NCBI GenBank assembly: GCA_001829455.1
Contig: MIBH01000009.1
Span: 2,263 to 63,158, forward strand
Source of the DNA: Spirochaetes bacterium RBG_13_51_14
GTDB lineage: Bacteria > Spirochaetota > UBA4802 > UBA5550
Direction: 5' to 3'
DNA: 60,896 nt
Shown here: in pieces, positions 56,744-60,896 of the stretch
Position numbering within the stretch: the first letter of the stretch is position 1
Layout of the letters: every line of letters starts with the position of its first letter
The notes under the pieces: generated by a model
Database searches by the model: none
Seen by the model: only the letters and a program-made list of their open reading frames with translations
Told to the model about the DNA's origin: nothing
Made by a program: the position numbers and the translations under genes

Positions 56744-58035
56744 TACCGATAAGCATCCTCCTCTGCCTTGCCACCGCGGCCGTATCCGCATTCGATTACC
56801 GGGAAACGCCGCCGGCTGCGCTTTTCCCGTTCTGCCAGGCAGCCGCGGACGCGTCCCTCCCCGACGCGATTTCCAACCCCGCGTACCTGCCGTCGATCCG
56901 GTATCCGTACCTCCACTGTTCCGGGGGTATGCCCTATACCCTCGATGAACTCTATTCCAGCACCATCCGGATCGGATACGGCACGCACGGCGTCGGAATT
57001 CAGGCGGTCTGGAACCGGTTCGGATTCGCGCAGTACCTGGAGCACATTGTCGAGGGCAATATCGGATACATGCCGGTCAAGTACGTCTCAATCGGCGCCG
57101 GCGTATATTACTACAATCTGACCATGGATACGGTGGAAATCTCCCTGTCGAGCCATCTGGTGGACGGTCGCGCTTCGATCCTCGTGTCCCCGTGCAGATG
57201 GATCGATCTTTCTTTTTTACAGGAAAATATCGGTTCGCTCCTATGCCCGAATAGGAGGGACCTGCTCTTCCCCGAATGGAGCGCCGGAGCCGCGCTCAGG
57301 CCGGTGCAGGGCTTCACGCTCCTGTATAACATGAACCGCACGGCCGTCGGATACGTGAACTCCATTTCAGCATCGGCAAACGTCCTGAAATATTTTTCCG
57401 TTAAGGTCGGATACGCACGTGAAGCAAACACCTATTCGGCATCCCTGTGCGTTCTATACCGGTACGTCGCTGCATCATACGGATTGAAATATCACCCGCA
57501 TCTCGGCTTCACCCATTCAGTGGGTATCACGCTGTCGACGCAAGACATAAACATTGAGTCGCTCGGTTACGGCCCCCTTATGTCGAAAATCCGGAAACTT
57601 CACGACGGGAGAAAAATCGACATCAACACCTGCTCCTATGACGATCTCCTGGGCGTGCGCGGTTGCGACCGGCACTATACCGAACGAATCATGAAATACC
57701 GGAAAACAATCGGGCCCCTGACTCGAACGGGCCTTCTGCAGATCGGCATGTCGGAAAAAGAAGTGAACCATATGCTCGAGTATATCACGGGCCTCGCACC
57801 TGAGGATCCCGATTCGGGCATCGGACGCCGCGGCGGATCTGACCTGGAATGCAAACAGAAACGGCTGTTTAGAGATCTTATCGAGCTCGGTCTCCCCGCT
57901 GCTACGGCGCTGGAGATCGCCGAACTGGCCGTAACGGGGGATTATCGAACAATCCAGAACCGAATCAATTCACTGCCAGCGCTGGACGCGCGAAAAAAGA
58001 AAAGGGCACAGGAGCTATGCACCGGAGCACGCTAA
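56740..58035 (+). CDS. beta-barrel-like envelope protein fused to a C-terminal ComEA-type helix-hairpin-helix region
   Basis: ATGA start/stop overlap with the LTD gene. Signal peptide, SNPAYLP motif, and alternating hydrophobic strands for about 270 aa. Then IDINTCSYDDLLGVRGCDRHYTERIMKYRKTIGPL (HhH). Confidence 0.65.
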   Translation: MIPISILLCLATAAVSAFDYRETPPAALFPFCQAAADASLPDAISNPAYLPSIRYPYLHCSGGMPYTLDELYSSTIRIGYGTHGVGIQAVWNRFGFAQYLEHIVEGNIGYMPVKYVSIGAGVYYYNLTMDTVEISLSSHLVDGRASILVSPCRWIDLSFLQENIGSLLCPNRRDLLFPEWSAGAALRPVQGFTLLYNMNRTAVGYVNSISASANVLKYFSVKVGYAREANTYSASLCVLYRYVAASYGLKYHPHLGFTHSVGITLSTQDINIESLGYGPLMSKIRKLHDGRKIDINTCSYDDLLGVRGCDRHYTERIMKYRKTIGPLTRTGLLQIGMSEKEVNHMLEYITGLAPEDPDSGIGRRGGSDLECKQKRLFRDLIELGLPAATALEIAELAVTGDYRTIQNRINSLPALDARKKKRAQELCTGAR

Positions 58036-59621
58036 TCGGCGCCGCACTGCTCTGCTGCAGCCCGGCGTATGCCGCTGAACCGATATGGTCCGATCCCGAG
58101 CTATCGATTCAGGCGGAATACCGGCAGGACACGCTGGATTACGACGACGTTGAAAAAAAGTTCTGCAGCGAAAAAGCCCGCCTATCCTTTGGCAAAAGCT
58201 CCGCGAGTTTCACCCATGTCTACATCAATGCGACCGGGGAACACCGCTTCACCTGGAACCTGACGATCAGCGGCATTCCACCCTATTTCGACTGCATTCT
58301 GGGCCATTACTACGCAAACTTCGGGGCCGGACTGCTGGTAGGCAGGAAAAGAGCCCTGTCGTCGGACCAGTTTTCCCGGCGCCTGATTGTCTCAAGAGGA
58401 AGTCCCTTCCTGCCGTGCAGCAGCGGTAATCCTCTCTACAGCTTCCATGGCGCCGCGGCAGGTTTTACCGTTCCGGTCGGCGGCATCTCCCTTTCAGTCC
58501 GGGGATTTGTTTCCTTCCGGAACCGATTCGCCAGAAATGATGCGTATGCTCCCGATTCCACCGGCAATTCGTTCAATTCCATCCTCGGAAGATTACAAAA
58601 GGATTTTCGCTACTCGGAACCGGTGGAAATCAATGATTATGGATCCGTCGTCGACCTTCGCATTTCAGAGCATTTTTTTTTGCAGTCGTACTTTCTGTAT
58701 GCCGGGATCCGTCGCGCCGTCAACCGCTCGTTCCTCTGGAACTACGGCGATGGGGGCCTGCCGCTGGGCGAGAAGGCATTCTATTGTTTCGGATTTTTCT
58801 TCCAGTACCGGGACGACTATATCACTCTCTTCATCGAGCTTGGTTTCCCGAACAAGGTCCTCTCCACTCCCGCCGGCATGACCAGAAGCGTGCGCGACTT
58901 CGGCATCCTGTACGGCCTGACCTTCCGGCATCGAGCCTGTGAACTCTCCTTTGCGGGGAAGAACACGGGCAACAATTTTTATTCTCCCTACAGCTCCGGC
59001 GTCAGTCACGCGGAAACAGCGTGTGCGATCGGCATAAGGATCCGGCCGCTGCCGGAGCTGTGCCTGGGATGTGGTTTTTTCGGGGAGAAAAAAATATCAT
59101 CCGCCGCCAACCAGTCGTATCTCCCCTCCATCATAAGGGAACAGGTGTTCTTTAAATACGGCGCTGCCCGCAAAGGATCCGTTTCCGCGCGGCTCTCATT
59201 CGTTGAACAGGAGAAAAAGACCGGCATTGACCGCTATATTCAGATCAAATCATCGGCAAAAATATATGCGAAGAAATCCGTGCTCTTTTCCTTTTCAGGC
59301 ACCGCGCAGCGCAAAGGGGACGGCCGCTATTCGGGATCAATAAACGCCGGGACATCGCTGTGCATGCTGAGATATCTCACCGTTACGCTTTTCTATTCCC
59401 GGTTTTTTATCGGACGGGACAACCCGCTTTACACATCGATATCCCCGCGCCCCAATTCCATCACGCCCGGAATGCTCGTGAAGGCCACGTCTCACATGGC
59501 GACCTGCCGCCTGACGGCGCGGTATCACGACGTGCGGATTTCGGCGCGCTACCAGCATCAATTCACCGGAACAGGCTCCCGGCAGTACCGGATCGAGGTT
59601 TCTGCGGGATGCATCCTGTAG
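58017..59621 (+). CDS. large beta-barrel-like exported protein, family unassigned
   Basis: AGGAG lies 3 nt upstream. Signal peptide ..CCSPAYAA. Aromatic-rich alternating pattern throughout. 19-nt overlap with the upstream gene. Confidence 0.6.
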   Translation: MHRSTLIGAALLCCSPAYAAEPIWSDPELSIQAEYRQDTLDYDDVEKKFCSEKARLSFGKSSASFTHVYINATGEHRFTWNLTISGIPPYFDCILGHYYANFGAGLLVGRKRALSSDQFSRRLIVSRGSPFLPCSSGNPLYSFHGAAAGFTVPVGGISLSVRGFVSFRNRFARNDAYAPDSTGNSFNSILGRLQKDFRYSEPVEINDYGSVVDLRISEHFFLQSYFLYAGIRRAVNRSFLWNYGDGGLPLGEKAFYCFGFFFQYRDDYITLFIELGFPNKVLSTPAGMTRSVRDFGILYGLTFRHRACELSFAGKNTGNNFYSPYSSGVSHAETACAIGIRIRPLPELCLGCGFFGEKKISSAANQSYLPSIIREQVFFKYGAARKGSVSARLSFVEQEKKTGIDRYIQIKSSAKIYAKKSVLFSFSGTAQRKGDGRYSGSINAGTSLCMLRYLTVTLFYSRFFIGRDNPLYTSISPRPNSITPGMLVKATSHMATCRLTARYHDVRISARYQHQFTGTGSRQYRIEVSAGCIL

Positions 59622-59631
59622 GTAAAATGAC

Positions 59632-59676
59632 TTGACACGTCAGGGCGTAATTTTATTAAATTAAAGTTGACTTTAA
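59632..59676 (+). promoter_or_regulatory. candidate promoter (TTGACA-18 nt-TTAAAT) with an adjoining 7-2-7 inverted repeat TTAAAGT-TG-ACTTTAA
   Basis: Hexamers at 59632-59637 and 59656-59661. Inverted repeat at 59661-59676, 16 nt upstream of the MerR-family ATG. Confidence 0.4.
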
Positions 59677-59691
59677 GTTTAATTATACACC

Positions 59692-60090
59692 ATGAGCACG
59701 AGCGAACCTACCTACACCATATCCGAACTGGCGTCGGAGCTGAATATCAAGCCGTCAGCCATCCGCTATTACGAAAAGAAGCGCCTCATCAACCCGGACC
59801 GGACGCCGGGGAACCACCGGCTCTACACGAAGCGCGATCGAGCCCGGCTTAAGCTCGTTCTGCGGGGAAAGCGGTTCGGAGCCACCCTGGATCAGATCGG
59901 CGAAATGATCGGCATGGCCGACAGCGATATGAATGAGAAAAGCCAGATAGAGACGAGCCTCCGGTTTATCGACCTCAAGATTGAGGACATCGTTATTCAG
60001 AAAAATGAGCTCAAGCTCTTTCTAGCGGATCTGCTCTCGCTGAAAAGAAAACTCCTTCGGCTACGGCGGGTGCTTGCAATAAAATTGTAA
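59692..60090 (+). CDS. MerR-family transcriptional regulator
   Basis: YTISELASELNIKPSAIRYYEKKRLI..R..GNHRLYT..D is the MerR HTH signature. Confidence 0.88.
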   Translation: MSTSEPTYTISELASELNIKPSAIRYYEKKRLINPDRTPGNHRLYTKRDRARLKLVLRGKRFGATLDQIGEMIGMADSDMNEKSQIETSLRFIDLKIEDIVIQKNELKLFLADLLSLKRKLLRLRRVLAIKL

Positions 60091-60117
60091 TCAATCTTAA
60101 TACTGGGGAGGTTTAGC

Positions 60118-60896
60118 ATGTTTGATTTTATCATGACCGAAAAACAGAAACAGCTGCGGGACGAAGCCCGCGATTTTACCAGGTGGGTACCGCGGGAGAT
60201 GATCCTGGCCATGGACGCGGAAACCATTCAATTCCCCCACGAATATCTGCAAGAGGCCGGAAGGCGCCATCTCCTGGGAATTCGGATCCCCACGGAGTAC
60301 GGCGGCCGGGGGCTCGGATGGGTGGAAGACGGCATCGTTGCAGAAGAAGTAGGCGTCGCCAGCTATTCCCTGGCCTGTCTGTGGGGCGTCGGCGCCGACA
60401 TCGTGTGCGAGGCCGTCACCCTTTTCGGATCGGAAGAGTTGCGGCGTGAGATTGTGGTGCCGCTCCTGAAGGGCGAACTCTTCGCGGCGGAGGGACTCAC
60501 GGAACCCCGCGGCGGATCAGATTTTTTCGGCGCAGCCACCGTCGCTCGGAAGGACGGTGGCGATTGGATCATCAACGGCCAGAAGCGCTTCATCGTTGGC
60601 GCCGAGGGCGCGGACTGGTTCCTTGTTTACGCCGTCACCGATCCCTCAGCACCGCCGCACCGGCGGATAACCGCATTCATGGTGCCTCGCTCCGCCGGCG
60701 TTGAATCCAGATATATTTACGGGCTCATGGGCGTCCGGGGCGGCGGCGCCGGACGGGTCATTTTCAACGACGTGCGCGTGCCCGAGCGGTTCGCGCTCAA
60801 GGGCATTAACAGCGGTTTCGAAGTGTTCATCAGAATGATGATCCCGGAACGGCTCGGGACAGCCGCCATGACCATCGGTTCGGTTCGGGCCGCCCT
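60118..60896 (+). CDS. acyl-CoA dehydrogenase, 3' end beyond the window
   Basis: Absent from the ORF track (no stop in the window). GGGGAGG SD. MFDFIMTEKQKQLRDEARDF.., GLTEPRGGSDF.., INGQKRFI.. are ACAD motifs. Confidence 0.88.
   Translation, partial: MFDFIMTEKQKQLRDEARDFTRWVPREMILAMDAETIQFPHEYLQEAGRRHLLGIRIPTEYGGRGLGWVEDGIVAEEVGVASYSLACLWGVGADIVCEAVTLFGSEELRREIVVPLLKGELFAAEGLTEPRGGSDFFGAATVARKDGGDWIINGQKRFIVGAEGADWFLVYAVTDPSAPPHRRITAFMVPRSAGVESRYIYGLMGVRGGGAGRVIFNDVRVPERFALKGINSGFEVFIRMMIPERLGTAAMTIGSVRAA

Overview
60.9-kb chromosomal window, most likely from a spirochaete. The taxon call rests only on a FlaB-type flagellin (N-terminus [11 protein letters not shown]..) and is an inference. 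I call about 50 CDS, one tRNA-Leu(CAA), two pseudogenes or gene remnants, several hairpin terminators and several repeat families. Left to right: (i) an AT-richer accessory segment (1-3160) with a truncated lipoprotein gene, gene fragments and a VapBC toxin-antitoxin pair; (ii) an OmpA-like gene followed by a seven-gene minus-strand cluster (SpoIIM-like, membrane protein, DUF4129-like, DUF4350-like, MoxR ATPase, DUF58, RDD); (iii) lipid kinase, a CorA variant, and a PaaK-like ligase with livFGMHK; (iv) a sensory block (PAS histidine kinase, 7TMR-DISM chemoreceptor, PAS-PP2C phosphatase, GAF-HD-GYP, cNMP-binding protein) next to flaB; (v) flippase, M23 peptidase, ferredoxin, and a ClpX paralog without the zinc-binding domain; (vi) an AT-rich stretch with small ORFs abutting tRNA-Leu; (vii) thioesterase, a standalone MshEN-like protein, a tetrahaem cytochrome, tadA, a Mut7-C RNase, nitroreductase and guaB; (viii) an orphan 1085-aa protein with discoidin-like modules and 15 tail-fibre-like 32-aa repeats; (ix) trxA, dtd and a decayed S8 protease; (x) a translationally coupled three-gene envelope operon (lamin-tail-domain protein, barrel-like protein with a ComEA-type HhH, second barrel-like protein); (xi) a MerR regulator and a partial acyl-CoA dehydrogenase. 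The best candidates for uncharacterised biology are the orphan repeat protein, the LTD/HhH operon, the MoxR cluster, and a dispersed C-tract/G-tract hairpin repeat family at five intergenic loci. All family assignments come from motif recognition by eye. No database search was run.
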